A DNA stretch of 64,000 nt, taken from the NCBI GenBank assembly GCA_963827235.1, contig CAWHAE010000008.1:224001-288000 (forward strand), in the 5' to 3' direction. Shown here piece by piece: positions 29,185 to 42,060 of this stretch (position 1 is the stretch's first letter; every line of letters begins with the position of its first letter). The position numbers and the translations under genes are program-made. The DNA is from an uncultured bacterium. Lineage in GTDB: Bacteria; Chloroflexota; UBA5177; JANWHV01. The notes beneath the pieces are model-generated. The model was not told the origin of the DNA. It ran no database searches and saw only the letters and a list, made by a program, of their open reading frames with translations.

Positions 29185-30597
29185 TCACTTCCCGATGCAG
29201 AAGTCGGCAAAGATGCGATCGAGCACGGCCTCGGAGACGTTGAGGCCGGTAACACTGCCCAGCGCCTCCAGCGCCCGGCGCAGGTCGATGCAGACCAGCT
29301 CCACCGGCCTGTTCGTGGTCAGTCCGGTCAACGTGAGGTCCAGCGCGTCGAGCGCCTCGGCCAGGGATTGCGTCTGCCGGGCGTTTTCAACGAGCGTGTC
29401 CTCGGCATCAAGCTCTCGACCGCCCAGTGCCGCCTTCGCCAGGGCATCTTCCAGATCCGCTAGACCCTGGCCGGTCACGGCTGAGCAACAAACGACACGG
29501 CTTGGCTGCCAGGACGCGATCGCGGTGCCGTGCTCGACCTCCCATCGCGAAGCGCCTGCGATCAGCAGGTCCCACTTGTTCAGCGCCAGTACGAGCGGCG
29601 TCGCGGGCGCCAACAATCGCACGGTCGCGCCGGCATCCAGATCGTCAGGCTCGAGTGGTTGTGCTGCATCGATTGTGAGCACCACGACGCTTGCGGAGGC
29701 GAGTGCGGCGCGGCTCCGCTCCACGCCGAGGCGCTCGACGACGTCGTCCGTCCGGCTCAATCCGGCGGTGTCGGTCAGGAACATGGGCAGGCCGTGAATG
29801 TCGGCCGCCTCCTCCAGCGTGTCCCGTGTTGTGCCGGCTACCGGCGTGACGATAGCACGATCTCGACGGAGAAGGGCGTTGAGCAAGCTGGACTTGCCGA
29901 CGTTCGGCTTGCCTGCGAGCACGACACGTACGCCGTCGCGCAGCAGGGCGCCATGCGAGGCGCGGCTCAGCAGCGCAGCGACTCCGGCCCGCGATCGCTC
30001 AAGGGCCTCGATCTGCTGCAGTGTCTGCCTCTCCGGCAAGCCCTCTTCGACAAAGTCGATCGTTGCTTCGAGGTAGGCGAGCGAGCCGGTCACTGCCTGC
30101 ACGATAGGCTCCAGGCGCCGCGTCAGCGCGCCACTGAGTCCCTGGGCCGCGACCTGCGCGGCCGTCGGCGTGCGCGCATGCACCATATCCACCACGGCCT
30201 CGGCCTGTGCCAGGTCGAGTCTGCCGTTGAGAAAGGCGCGCAGCGTGAACTCACCGCGCTTCGCCAGGTTAGCGCCGGCCTGCAGGCAGCATGCTACCAG
30301 GCGCTCCAGTACGACGGGGCTGCCGTGGCAATGGAATTCGATGACATCCTCTCCAGTGTAAGAGTGGGGTCCCGCCATATAGCACAGCAAACAATCGTCC
30401 AGCAGCACCCCGGAGCGCGGATCGCGCGCCTCTCCGTAGACCAGCTGGTGGCTTCGCAGAGGCGCCGGGCCACGCTCGGGCGTGAAGAGTGCAAGGGCGA
30501 TCGCCCTCGCCTCCGGTCCGCTCAGCCGCACAATGCCCACGCCTCCCTGGCCCGGGGGCGTTGCCACGGCGACGATCGTAGTGTCAGAGCTGGTCAT
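29185..30597 (-). CDS. mnmE: tRNA modification GTPase MnmE
   Basis: ATPPGQGGVGIVRLSG, SYTGED, GKPNVGKSS, GTTRD, DTAG, C-terminal FCIGK. Confidence 0.97.
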   Translation of the reverse strand: MTSSDTTIVAVATPPGQGGVGIVRLSGPEARAIALALFTPERGPAPLRSHQLVYGEARDPRSGVLLDDCLLCYMAGPHSYTGEDVIEFHCHGSPVVLERLVACCLQAGANLAKRGEFTLRAFLNGRLDLAQAEAVVDMVHARTPTAAQVAAQGLSGALTRRLEPIVQAVTGSLAYLEATIDFVEEGLPERQTLQQIEALERSRAGVAALLSRASHGALLRDGVRVVLAGKPNVGKSSLLNALLRRDRAIVTPVAGTTRDTLEEAADIHGLPMFLTDTAGLSRTDDVVERLGVERSRAALASASVVVLTIDAAQPLEPDDLDAGATVRLLAPATPLVLALNKWDLLIAGASRWEVEHGTAIASWQPSRVVCCSAVTGQGLADLEDALAKAALGGRELDAEDTLVENARQTQSLAEALDALDLTLTGLTTNRPVELVCIDLRRALEALGSVTGLNVSEAVLDRIFADFCIGK

Positions 30598-31426
30598 ACT
30601 CCAGGAGGCGCCGCTCGGCGTCCTCGATGGTTGGAATGCCCTCGGTGCCGAAGTGCTCCACGTGGAACGAGGCGACCACGGCGGCGAAACGGGCGGCCGC
30701 GACTGCATCTTTCAGCCCGAAGTACCGGATCAGAAACGCTGCTGAGAAGACGTCTCCGGCGCCGTTAGCGTCGACCTCGACGACCGGAAAGGCAGGCACC
30801 TTTGTAGCGCGGTCGCCCTCGAAGACGGTGGCACCATGGTTGCCGTCGGTCAGCACGACGATACGGTGGTTTGCGCGGTAGAAGTCGATCACGCCGCGCT
30901 GATCGCCGATGTCCTCTTCGCTCAAGAAGCTGATGTCGACCGGGGGAGCCCAGGAGAGCATCTTGTCTGCTGCCAGCGGATGGACGTGCCCATCGGATCC
31001 CCACTCGCGAAGCCAGCCCTGCACGGATGCCGCCCGCAGCGATCCCTGGAACGAGGCAATCAAGTCGTGGTCTATTTCCTGCACCAGCGGGCCGAAATGC
31101 ACTACGGGAATGTCCTTCCACGCGAGCGGTACGTCCGCGGCGCGCAACGGCGCCGCCACGTCGGTGATGTACTGCTCGCGCACACCGTCCACGAACTCGT
31201 GCCTGAACGTGCACCAGACGGACGACGGCACGTTGTGTACGAGCACGCCTTCCGGGATAACTTCCGCCACGCCCTCGTCCGGCATGCTGGTCAACACGTG
31301 CACCTTGGCTCCCAAGCGCAGGGCCGTGACAGCCGCGAACAAGGCCGTGCCGCCCCACTCCTGTCCAATGGGCGTGTAGTCGACGGTGACGTGCCCTATG
31401 ACCAGGTACGGTATAGCGTCGCTCAC
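30584..31426 (-). CDS. PfkB family carbohydrate kinase
   Basis: IGHVTVD, GGTALF, DANGAGDVFSAAF; overlaps both jag and mnmE. Confidence 0.88.
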   Translation of the reverse strand: MSDAIPYLVIGHVTVDYTPIGQEWGGTALFAAVTALRLGAKVHVLTSMPDEGVAEVIPEGVLVHNVPSSVWCTFRHEFVDGVREQYITDVAAPLRAADVPLAWKDIPVVHFGPLVQEIDHDLIASFQGSLRAASVQGWLREWGSDGHVHPLAADKMLSWAPPVDISFLSEEDIGDQRGVIDFYRANHRIVVLTDGNHGATVFEGDRATKVPAFPVVEVDANGAGDVFSAAFLIRYFGLKDAVAAARFAAVVASFHVEHFGTEGIPTIEDAERRLLEYDQL

Positions 31427-32325
31427 CGAGCGCCCTGGCGTGGTGAGATGACGACGCACCGGTTCGGCTCTTCCCCGATACTGTTGGTCACTACCCAGGG
31501 ACTGTTCTGCAACGTCATGTGCACGACCCGGCGCTCGTTGGCCGGCATCGGATCGAGCTTGATGTCCCGGTGCATCTGGCGCACGCGTGCCGCTTGGCGG
31601 TTGGCCAGCGAGCGCAGCGTTTCTTCTCGTCGCACGCGATAGTGCTCCACGTCGACGATAACCTTGCACCAGCGGTTGACGCGCCGGCCGACGATGGCGT
31701 TGACGAGGTACTGTAGTGAGGCCAGCGTATCGCCGTGCCGGCCGATCAGGAGTCCCAGATCGTCGCCAAGCACGTCCACGACAACCGGATTGGCCGTGCT
31801 GCGCACGGCAGCGGTCGCGGTGAGACCCATGTGCTGTAAGAGCTCACGGACGATCTCCACGGCAACCTCGGCCACGGCGCTGGCATCGGCTCGAGAGGCC
31901 TCAGACTGGCCGGTCTCCTGCTCCGCCTCGTCGGCGAGGCCTACCTCCGCCGTAGCAAGAACCGGCTCGATGGTGGCCTGCGGCAGATCCTTGCCGGCTT
32001 CGGCCGCTTGCTTCCGGGCGCGCGATATGAGCGGCGACTGTTCGTCGAGCGCGATCTCACTTCGGGGCTGAGACGGACGCGGAGTCTGGGGAGGAGGCGC
32101 CGCTCGCGCTGGTTCTGGCGCCCGCCGGGAGAGAATGGCCTTGGGCATGGCCAGGATTCGGGCGTTTTCGCCGCCCATACCGAGAAACCCTTTGCTGCCC
32201 TCGCTGATCACGGTGACGTCGATCTCCTCAGCAGAAAGTCCGAGTCGCTGCTGCGCCTCGGCTATAGCATCGGCGACCGTCTTCGCGCTCACGGTAATGC
32301 TCTGGCTGCCCCGCTCACTGGTCAC
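31423..32325 (-). CDS. jag: RNA-binding protein Jag/KhpB (Jag_N-KH-R3H)
   Basis: SAKTVADAI..EGSKGFLG, KH LIGRHGDTL, R3H ERRVVH. Confidence 0.93.
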   Translation of the reverse strand: MTSERGSQSITVSAKTVADAIAEAQQRLGLSAEEIDVTVISEGSKGFLGMGGENARILAMPKAILSRRAPEPARAAPPPQTPRPSQPRSEIALDEQSPLISRARKQAAEAGKDLPQATIEPVLATAEVGLADEAEQETGQSEASRADASAVAEVAVEIVRELLQHMGLTATAAVRSTANPVVVDVLGDDLGLLIGRHGDTLASLQYLVNAIVGRRVNRWCKVIVDVEHYRVRREETLRSLANRQAARVRQMHRDIKLDPMPANERRVVHMTLQNSPWVVTNSIGEEPNRCVVISPRQGAR

Positions 32326-33320
32326 TTTTTCGCTCCTTTGGCGCTCGGTCTCCCTCTGGAACTACCGCGCGCGTGTCGCTGCGCATAGCGATCCATCTTC
32401 GTGGAAGGGACCGCGGCACCGTTCCCTGCACTCTCATCGGGGGCCACGTCCTCCCGTTTGCGCGCGTCGAGCTGCCGTGTCATCTGGGCTCGAGCCTGGG
32501 CTTCCTTGGCCGCCACTGCCCGTGACACCACGCCTCCCTGCCTGTTCCTTGCCGCAGCAGGGCCCGACGAATCGGCATACGGAATCGAGAACGGGTCGGT
32601 GAAGAGGCAACCGAAGCCGCCCACGAAGTACTGGATGCACATCATCATGATGTTCGACGTGACCCAGTACACGGCGAGCCCGGACGGATAGGTCCAGGCG
32701 AACACTACGATCATGATCGGGAAGAACTGCATGATCTGGTTCATCTGCCGCTGTTGGGGGTCATTCGTGGGATTGAGCATCATCCGCTGCTGAATCCACT
32801 GCGTGATGCCTGCGACGATCGGCAGGATATGGGTTGGGTCTGCCTTGCCGAGGCCGTTGTACAGCCAGATGAAGTCCGCCTGGTAGAGATCCCAATGTGG
32901 GAGCTTGGGAAGGCTGGACGCAAGGGTATGGCCGGGGTGGAGGGCTACCCAGGTCTTGATCTTGGCCGAGTCATTGGCCAGGTTCCTGAGCACCAGGAAT
33001 AAGCTCCAGAGGATCGGTATCTGAACCAGGGGCAGAATGCAGCCCAGAGCAGGATTGTGATTGTGCTCGCGATAGAGCTCCATCATCGCCTTGGAGAGCG
33101 CTTCGCGATCTTGCCCGTGCTTCTTCTGCAGCTCTTTGATCTGGGGGCTGAGAATCTGCATCTTCTTCGCGGAGCGCAGCTGGACCACGTACAACGGCGC
33201 CAGCACCCCACGAATAATGACGGTGAATATTATGATTGCCACGCCGTAATTGAGCGTGAGATGCGTGAGATTGGTAATCAGCCAGTACAATGGTCTTTGG
33301 AAGACCAGGAAGATATCCAC
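32322..33320 (-). CDS. yidC: Membrane protein insertase YidC
   Basis: YGVAIIIFTVIIR, PQIKELQKK, GCILPLVQIPI, PSGLAVYW. Confidence 0.95.
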   Translation of the reverse strand: MDIFLVFQRPLYWLITNLTHLTLNYGVAIIIFTVIIRGVLAPLYVVQLRSAKKMQILSPQIKELQKKHGQDREALSKAMMELYREHNHNPALGCILPLVQIPILWSLFLVLRNLANDSAKIKTWVALHPGHTLASSLPKLPHWDLYQADFIWLYNGLGKADPTHILPIVAGITQWIQQRMMLNPTNDPQQRQMNQIMQFFPIMIVVFAWTYPSGLAVYWVTSNIMMMCIQYFVGGFGCLFTDPFSIPYADSSGPAAARNRQGGVVSRAVAAKEAQARAQMTRQLDARKREDVAPDESAGNGAAVPSTKMDRYAQRHARGSSRGRPSAKGAKK

Positions 33321-33353
33321 GGGGGCCTTCTCCTGCCGCAGGTGCCCTGCTGG

Positions 33354-33563
33354 CTATGGCACCGGGTCGTAACCGCCCTTGTTCCAGGGATGGCAACGTC
33401 CGAGCCGCCTACACGATAGTTGCAAGCCTTTGAGCGCTCCGTACCGGCTAATCGCCTCTTCGCAATACGCCGAACAGGTAGGGTAGAACCGGCAGGAGGT
33501 CGGCAGGAGTGGGCTAATCACTCGTCGATACAACCACACGACGCCGATCAGTATGTGTTTCAT
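33354..33563 (-). CDS. yidD: Membrane protein insertion efficiency factor
   Basis: [24 protein letters not shown]. Confidence 0.95.
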   Translation of the reverse strand: MKHILIGVVWLYRRVISPLLPTSCRFYPTCSAYCEEAISRYGALKGLQLSCRRLGRCHPWNKGGYDPVP

Positions 33564-33631
33564 CTGTACCGCGTCTGACTGGGAGGATCCCAATCTGCTC
33601 CATCGTCTCCACGCAAGCAAACGCGCCCCAC

Positions 33632-33979
33632 CTAGGGCACGGTCTGAAATAGGCGGGCAGTCACGAATTGGCGCTTGAGGGCATCTGCAACCTCGCCGAA
33701 TTGTCGCGCGGCCAACGCGGGTCTGCATATGATTACGATATCGAATCCGGGCCGCAGCTGGGGCAAGAAGCTGCGCACGATCTCACGCAGCACGCGCTTG
33801 ACGTGGTTTCGCACATGAGCCTTTCCCACCCGTTTGCTCACAGTGAACCCGACCCGCGTCACCGGCCCTCCTGTACATACGGCCGTTACCACCAGCCAAG
33901 AATGCGACCAGGCGCGGCCCTCACGGCGCACGCGCGCAAAATCTACCGCACGACGCAAGCGATGCTCACGTGGCAACAT
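33632..33979 (-). CDS. rnpA: RNase P protein component
   Basis: [29 protein letters not shown]. Confidence 0.95.
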   Translation of the reverse strand: MLPREHRLRRAVDFARVRREGRAWSHSWLVVTAVCTGGPVTRVGFTVSKRVGKAHVRNHVKRVLREIVRSFLPQLRPGFDIVIICRPALAARQFGEVADALKRQFVTARLFQTVP

Positions 33980-33988
33980 CGATTCGCG

Positions 33989-34123
33989 CTAAATCGTCAG
34001 GCTATGACGTCCTTTGAGCCTGCGAGCCTTGAGCACGCGCCGTCCGTTCGATGTTGCCATGCGGGCGCGAAACCCATGCTTACGCTGCCGCTTCAGCTTC
34101 TTCGGTTGCCACGTTCGCTTCAT
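33989..34123 (-). CDS. rpmH: 50S ribosomal protein L34
   Basis: Manual translation [44 protein letters not shown]. Confidence 0.97.
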   Translation of the reverse strand: MKRTWQPKKLKRQRKHGFRARMATSNGRRVLKARRLKGRHSLTI

Positions 34124-34152
34124 GGAGTAAGGATCTCCCCCTCTACCGGTCA

Positions 34153-34192
34153 AGTATAGCAAAGGCCCGGGTTAACGGCCTTCAAGATTATA
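34153..34192 (-). promoter_or_regulatory. Candidate tandem -10 elements for the rpmH operon
   Basis: Minus strand TATAAT (34192-34187) and extended TGcTATACT (34161-34153); -35 elements weak. Confidence 0.45.
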
Positions 34193-34337
34193 GCGGTTCG
34201 TGCGCACTGATCGGAAACCGGAATGTGAACCGCCCAGTCCGCTCAGCGTCCAGTGCGCATCTGCCGATCCCGGAGTTCTCTCGCCTTGTAGCAGAGCGCG
34301 CTTGCCGGCGCGGCGAGGTGCGCCGGCATTTCCGGTG

Positions 34338-34943
34338 TTACCACCACGAAGAGTATCGCTCCTCGGTCCACGGGTCACCCCGCATGTGATAACCATTCTG
34401 CTCCCAGAAGCCGGGCTCTTCGTGATCGAGGAATTCCACGCCCCGTACCCACTTGACGCTCTTCCAGAAGTAGAGATGCGGCACCACGAGCCGGAGCGGC
34501 CACCCGTGATCAGGCTCCAGATCCTGCCCGTCATGCTTCAGCGCGAACAGGTTCTCGTTGCGGTCGAAGTCGCTCAGAGCGAGGTTCGCCGTGAATCCCT
34601 GCTCTGCATGCACCAGCACGTGCGACGCGCTGGGCGCCGGTCGCGCCCTGGCCAGGATCTCCGCCACCGAAACACCTTCCCAGGAGTTGTCGAGCCTGGA
34701 CCAGCGCGTCACACAGTGAATATCGTTTTCGCATGTGACGCGAGGTAGCTCGAGAAACCTTCCCCACGTCAACGACAGCGGCTCCTCGACGAGTCCCCAT
34801 ATGCGAAACTCCCAGGAGGCGAGATCGACTTTGGGGACCTTTCCGTAGTGAAGGACCGGCCACTTGGCCGTGAGCGTCTGACCCGGCGGCACGCGGTTGG
34901 CGGTCTTGGGTGTCGACGGGTTCTGCCCGAAGAGCGGCATCAT
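34338..34943 (-). CDS. Sulfite oxidase-like molybdopterin-binding oxidoreductase
   Basis: RVPPGQ..KWPVLH, DIHCVTRWS, HGWPLRLVVPHLYFWKSVKW, GFWEQNGYH. Confidence 0.9.
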   Translation of the reverse strand: MMPLFGQNPSTPKTANRVPPGQTLTAKWPVLHYGKVPKVDLASWEFRIWGLVEEPLSLTWGRFLELPRVTCENDIHCVTRWSRLDNSWEGVSVAEILARARPAPSASHVLVHAEQGFTANLALSDFDRNENLFALKHDGQDLEPDHGWPLRLVVPHLYFWKSVKWVRGVEFLDHEEPGFWEQNGYHMRGDPWTEERYSSWW

Positions 34944-35206
34944 ACCTCGATTCAGATCGGTGCTTACCTGTGTTGAGCGTAACATGGTTGGCGGATCGTC
35001 TCTCTACCGTCTACCCTTAGCAGGTGAGCAACCGTCCGGCACGGTTTCGGCTCGGAGTGCGTCGTCTACCGGTTGGACCTGGTGACAGCGTAGGCCCGGC
35101 TGCCGCGCACGAGCATATCGAGATCTTGAGGCAGATTCGGCAGCAGCAGCAACCGTACGCCCGGTGACGCGGGTGTACGGTGATTTGATAGCAGGACCAC
35201 ACACTT

Positions 35207-36718
35207 GTGAAGGGTGTTGGCGTGACCACGGAGCCCGCTGCAAAGTCGCCGGCGCCCACTGTGCCGGAGCCGGCCAGGGACCTGCTGTGGGCTGCCGCGA
35301 TGGTCGCTTCCGCGGTTCTCTACTACGAGCTGTCGAGCTTCGCGCTCAGTTTGTTGTTTCTGGCCTGTCTCGCATGCCTGTGCTGGGCGCGCACCCCGCT
35401 TGCCGTGGCGCTGGTACCCCTAGCCGTTCCGCTGCACATGCTGCCGAAGACGCTTCATGTAGGGCACGACCCGATCTTCTCCCTTGGCGAGACGGTGATC
35501 GTGTTGATTACCCTGGTGGTGGCGGCGCAGGAGTTGGTGGAGTACGCCCGTGATCCTCGGCAGGTCAGTCTTCTCCGCCGATTTGTGCCGGCAACGCCGT
35601 TTCTCTGGCCGGCCCTGTTGTTCTTCGTCGCCGCGACCATCGCAACGGCGGCGGCCCAGTTCCACACCGTTGCCTTGCGCGGCTATCGCTGGTGGATCAT
35701 CGAGCCCATGCTCTACTACTGGCTCATCCTGAAGCGTCTCCGCGGTCCGCGGGGAGCCACACTGCTCGTGCTGGCACTCGCTGCGGCGGGCTCCGTGATA
35801 TCCGCTCTTGGAGCATGGCAGATCCTGTTCCGGCCGCACGACCTGGTCAACGCGAGCACCATCGGTCAGCACTTCGTAGCCGCCGTGTATCAGAATGAGA
35901 ACAATCTGTCCCTTCTCATCGATCGCGCCCTACCCGCGGCTCTCGCGCTGATCCTGGCTCCTGGGTGGGTGCCGCTATTCGCTGCCGGCCGCGAGCCAGG
36001 CTCTCGACGGATCGATGAGCACTGGATTCAAGGGGCGCTGCTTTGCGCTTCGGCGCTCATGGTCTACATCCTTTTTCGCACCGGCTCGCGCGGAGGCGAG
36101 GTTGCGGCGGTCGTCTGCGCGGCGGCATTGGTCCTCGTCTGTCAGTGGCGAAGGAAACCCGCTCTGGCCGGCCTAGCCGCACTGGCTATCGTGGCGCTGC
36201 TCTTAGCGCACTACCGCGTGAGCACGTTTCTGAGCGGAGGCCACGGACTCTCCAACGGCGCTCACCAATCCGTTTGGCGCAGTGCGCTACGTATGGTGCG
36301 CGACCACCCCATTGTAGGCGTTGGCCCGGACAACTTCCTCTACTATTACTCCAACGACGATGCTTGCGCTCCTCACCACATCGCGCACTGGTACTACAGC
36401 CAGGATAACCAGACGAACTTTGAGCGCTGCATCTCCCACCCGCACAACATGTTCCTCGATTTCTGGCTCAGTACCGGCCTTCTGGGACTGGTGGCCGCCC
36501 TGGCACTGCTCGGCCTGTTCGCCGTGCTCGGACTACGCTTGCTGCGGAGGGCAGATGCCTCGCGCAAGGGGCCACTTCTGGGTGCCCTGGCAGCCATGCT
36601 GGCCCTGGTGGTTCACGGCGAAGTGGACAATTCCTATTTCTTGCCGGATCTGGCCGTCTACTTCTGGCTATGCATCGGCGTCGTCACGATCCTGCACGCC
36701 GCCGAAGGGGCGCCCTGA
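35207..36718 (+). CDS. O-antigen ligase/Wzy_C family membrane protein
   Basis: Multi-TM; NENNL, TGSRGG, HPIVGVGPDNF, HPHNMFLDFW, HGEVD; start may be GTG at 35222. Confidence 0.88.
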   Translation: MKGVGVTTEPAAKSPAPTVPEPARDLLWAAAMVASAVLYYELSSFALSLLFLACLACLCWARTPLAVALVPLAVPLHMLPKTLHVGHDPIFSLGETVIVLITLVVAAQELVEYARDPRQVSLLRRFVPATPFLWPALLFFVAATIATAAAQFHTVALRGYRWWIIEPMLYYWLILKRLRGPRGATLLVLALAAAGSVISALGAWQILFRPHDLVNASTIGQHFVAAVYQNENNLSLLIDRALPAALALILAPGWVPLFAAGREPGSRRIDEHWIQGALLCASALMVYILFRTGSRGGEVAAVVCAAALVLVCQWRRKPALAGLAALAIVALLLAHYRVSTFLSGGHGLSNGAHQSVWRSALRMVRDHPIVGVGPDNFLYYYSNDDACAPHHIAHWYYSQDNQTNFERCISHPHNMFLDFWLSTGLLGLVAALALLGLFAVLGLRLLRRADASRKGPLLGALAAMLALVVHGEVDNSYFLPDLAVYFWLCIGVVTILHAAEGAP

Positions 36719-36729
36719 CCTGGGCGGTC

Positions 36730-37035
36730 TCAGAAGTTGGTGCTGAACTGCTTGTTGAGGTAGTTCGCCACAGAGTCCACGGTCGTCGACATGGTTGGGA
36801 ACACCGTGATGAAGGCGACGACGCCGATCGCGACGATGATCACGAACTCCAGCAACACCAGAGTCTCCTCGGAGAGCACTGTATTGCGGAGCGACTCAGC
36901 CATCTGTTCGAAGATCGAGGCACGCCGAACGCGCACCGCGGGCGCAGGCGGAACGCGCACCCGTACCTTCGGAGACGGCGCCTGCGTCTGCGGTAGGCCC
37001 TGAGGGTCCTCGGGCAATTGCGTCGACGAAGCCAT
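36730..37035 (-). CDS. Flp/type IVb pilin-like small membrane protein
   Basis: EETLVLLEFVIIVAIGVVAFITVF..VDSVANYLNKQF resembles the Flp pattern; GAGGAG RBS. Confidence 0.55.
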   Translation of the reverse strand: MASSTQLPEDPQGLPQTQAPSPKVRVRVPPAPAVRVRRASIFEQMAESLRNTVLSEETLVLLEFVIIVAIGVVAFITVFPTMSTTVDSVANYLNKQFSTNF

Positions 37036-37267
37036 TAGGGGACTCTCCTCATGCTCATTCTATCGCGGCACCGCTCCACGACCCGGATTGAGTCTCGCAG
37101 CCTCGTGCCCCGCCTGACTCTCGCGCATCAACGTCATGGACAGGACATGTCTGCCGGCACACCGATCGTGCGCGGGCTATGGCCACCCGCGCCTCCACGT
37201 CGGGATTGTATCACGCCGTACAGGCTTATCGTCCAGCATGGTAGGTCGAGTTGCGGGCGGAGCGGCC

Positions 37268-39647
37268 TCACCTTCGCGGCAGTACCACCGCCTGTTTGAT
37301 TCCATCTGCGACGACCGTGCCGGGGCGAGAGCGATCCTGGAGCGGCAGATCCCGCACTTCCAGCACGATCGCCCTCCCTGCGCCGTCCACCGCTTCAAGG
37401 GAAGCCCGTTCGTCGACGCTGAACACGCTTACCACGGGGCCCGACTTGTCGCTGATGCGTATGCTCTTCACTCCGCTGCCGTCGCGCCCCTGGACCGGGT
37501 ACTCGTGGACGGCAGTCCTGCGTCCAACCCCGGCGGCCGTGAGGACCACTATCTGCGACGTACCGTGCACCACCATGCCTTGCACGACCGAGTCGCCTTC
37601 GTCGAGACGTATGGCACGCACGCCGCCCGCTACCCGCTTGGTTGCCCGCACGTCGTCGAGCGAGAATCGAATTGCTTTACCCTGCCGGGTGTGGAGCAGT
37701 GTCTCCGCCTCCCCTGACGCTGTCTCGACCGTGAGCAGCTCGTCGGCCTGGTCGAGGTTGATTGCGACGACGGGCGCCGAGCGCGCGTGCAGGTAATCCG
37801 CGGCAGGCGTGCGCTTCACCTGGCCCTGCCGGGTACAAAAGACCAGGTAGGGCGGCACATTCGCGCCGACGGCGACTACGGATACGATCCGCTCGCCGGC
37901 CGCCAGGTCTACCAGCGTCGCAACAGCTACGCCGTGATCGCTCCTCCGTGCCACCGGCGAGATCTTGTGTACGAAAACGCCGTGGCAGGCGCCGGAGGCG
38001 GTGAACAGGAGAAGCAGGTCCCGCACATTACACGTGACGTACTCGTGAGGCGTCTCGCGGGCACTGGCGCGCCCGCCGAATTGATCGAGCCGCTTGAGCG
38101 TGCCGTCGTCACCAAGAGCGACCACAGTCGATAGGTTGGGCACCAGATCCTCGATACTGGTTGGCACGTTGGCCGCGTCGTCGACGATGCGCGTGCGGCG
38201 ATCATCGCCGAAGCGTTGCTGCAGGTCGCGAAGCTCGGCGACCATGATGTCCAGGATTTTGCGAGGCGAGGCCAGCACGGCCTCGAGCTCGCGGACCAGG
38301 CGCTGGACCTCGACGCAGCTCGTCCACGATCTTCTTCCGCTCGAGCTGGGAGAGTCGAGCCAACCGCATGTCGAGGATGGCGCGTGCCTGGGTGGGGGTA
38401 AGGCCCAGCCGCTCCACCAGGGCCTTGAGCGCGGCGTCCGTCGACTGCGCTGCTCTGATCAGAGCGATCACCGTGTCGAGAGAGCCCAGTGCCTTGTTGA
38501 GGCCTTCGAGCACGTGCAACCTGCTGCTTGCCTCGTCAAGGTCGAATTGTGTGCGCGCTGTGATCACCGACTTGCGATGATCGATGAACACGTTGAGGGC
38601 GCGCTTGAGAGTAATCTGGTGCGGGCTGCCGTCGATAAGACCCAACATGTTGATGCCGAACGTGATCTCCAGGTTCGACTTCTGATAGAGAGTCGTGAGC
38701 ACCTTGGCTGGGTCGGCGTCTCGCTTCAAGTCGATGGCGATGCGCATGCCACTGCGGTCGGATTCGTCTCGCATGGCGGCAATGCCCTCAAGCTTTCGAT
38801 CTCGTACCAGGTCAGAGATGGACTCGATGAGCTGCGACTTCTTCACCTGATACGGCAGCTCGGAGATTGCGATCGTCTGGCGCCCTCTTCCGTCGTCTTC
38901 AATGCTGGCCACGCCGCGCAGCAGGATGCGGCCCTGACCGGTGGCGTATGCGCGATCGATCCCTTCGCGACCGACGATGATGCCCCCGGTGGGAAAGTCG
39001 GGCCCAGGCATGGCGGCGACGAGAGCGTCGGACGGTGTGTCCGGCGCGTTCGCCAGCATGATGATCGCTTCGCTCAGCTCGCGCAGATTGTGAGGCGGCA
39101 CATTCGTCGCCATACCCACGGCGATGCCGTCGGCTCCATTCAGCATGAAGAGCGGCACTTTGCCCGGCAGTACCGCCGGCTCCCGCATCGAGCTGTCGAA
39201 GTTGTCGACGAACGGCACGGTGTTCTTCTCAAGATCGGAGAGCAGCTCCTCGGCCAGCTCGGTGAGGCGCACCTCGGTATAGCGCATCGCCGCCGCGTTG
39301 TCGCCGTCGATCGAGCCGAAATTGCCTTGTCCATCTACCAGCGGGTAGCGCAGGCTGAAGCTCTGCGCGAGACGGACCAGCGCATCGTATACAGCTGTGT
39401 CGCCGTGCGGGTGGTACTTGCCGAGCACGTCGCCCACGATGCGGGCGCTCTTCTTGTATGCGCTGTCGTGGCGAAGGCCAAGCTCGTACATGCCGTAAAG
39501 CACGCGACGCTGCACCGGCTTGAGCCCGTCGCGGACGTCAGGCAGGGCACGCGCGGTAATGACGCTCATCGCGTAGTCGACGTAAGCCTCGCGCATCTTG
39601 TCGTCAAGATCGACGTCCAGGATCGATAGAGCGGGTGCGTCTGCCAT
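37268..39647 (-). CDS. parC: Type IIA topoisomerase A subunit (ParC-like/GyrA paralogue) with one apparent +1 frameshift at ~38315
   Basis: [36 protein letters not shown]; beta-pinwheel CTD in a second frame lacks QxRGGxG in blade 1. Confidence 0.8.
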
Positions 39648-39659
39648 CTGTCATATACC

Positions 39660-41756
<2,097 letters not shown>

Positions 41757-41805
41757 TCAGTGGCTGTCCTAGACCGGTCCATCAATGCACGCGCCACTAA
41801 GTACT

Positions 41806-41819
41806 AGAACATTTATACT
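41806..41819. promoter_or_regulatory. Possible LexA (GAAC-N4-GTTC-type) box overlapping -10-like elements
   Basis: AGAACATTTATACT, imperfect; includes TATACT on the + strand; AT-rich patch between divergent genes. Confidence 0.3.
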
Positions 41820-42060
41820 AAGATCCTGATTGTCGCATGAAGAACTAGCCCGGTCAAGAGCACCAGGATACACGAATATGATCGCCCGACCGGCCAAGCT
41901 GCGTATAGGTAGCCCGTGGGATTCGCCGCGCTAAGGGTAACATCTTCCGGGCTAGACGGCAGCGTCTGTACTAACGTCTTGCCTCCCCCGGGACAACCGC
42001 GCGAAGGCCTCCCGCTATCCGACCCATCCATCGGGCAGTGGCGCGGCCATTGCATCGTCG

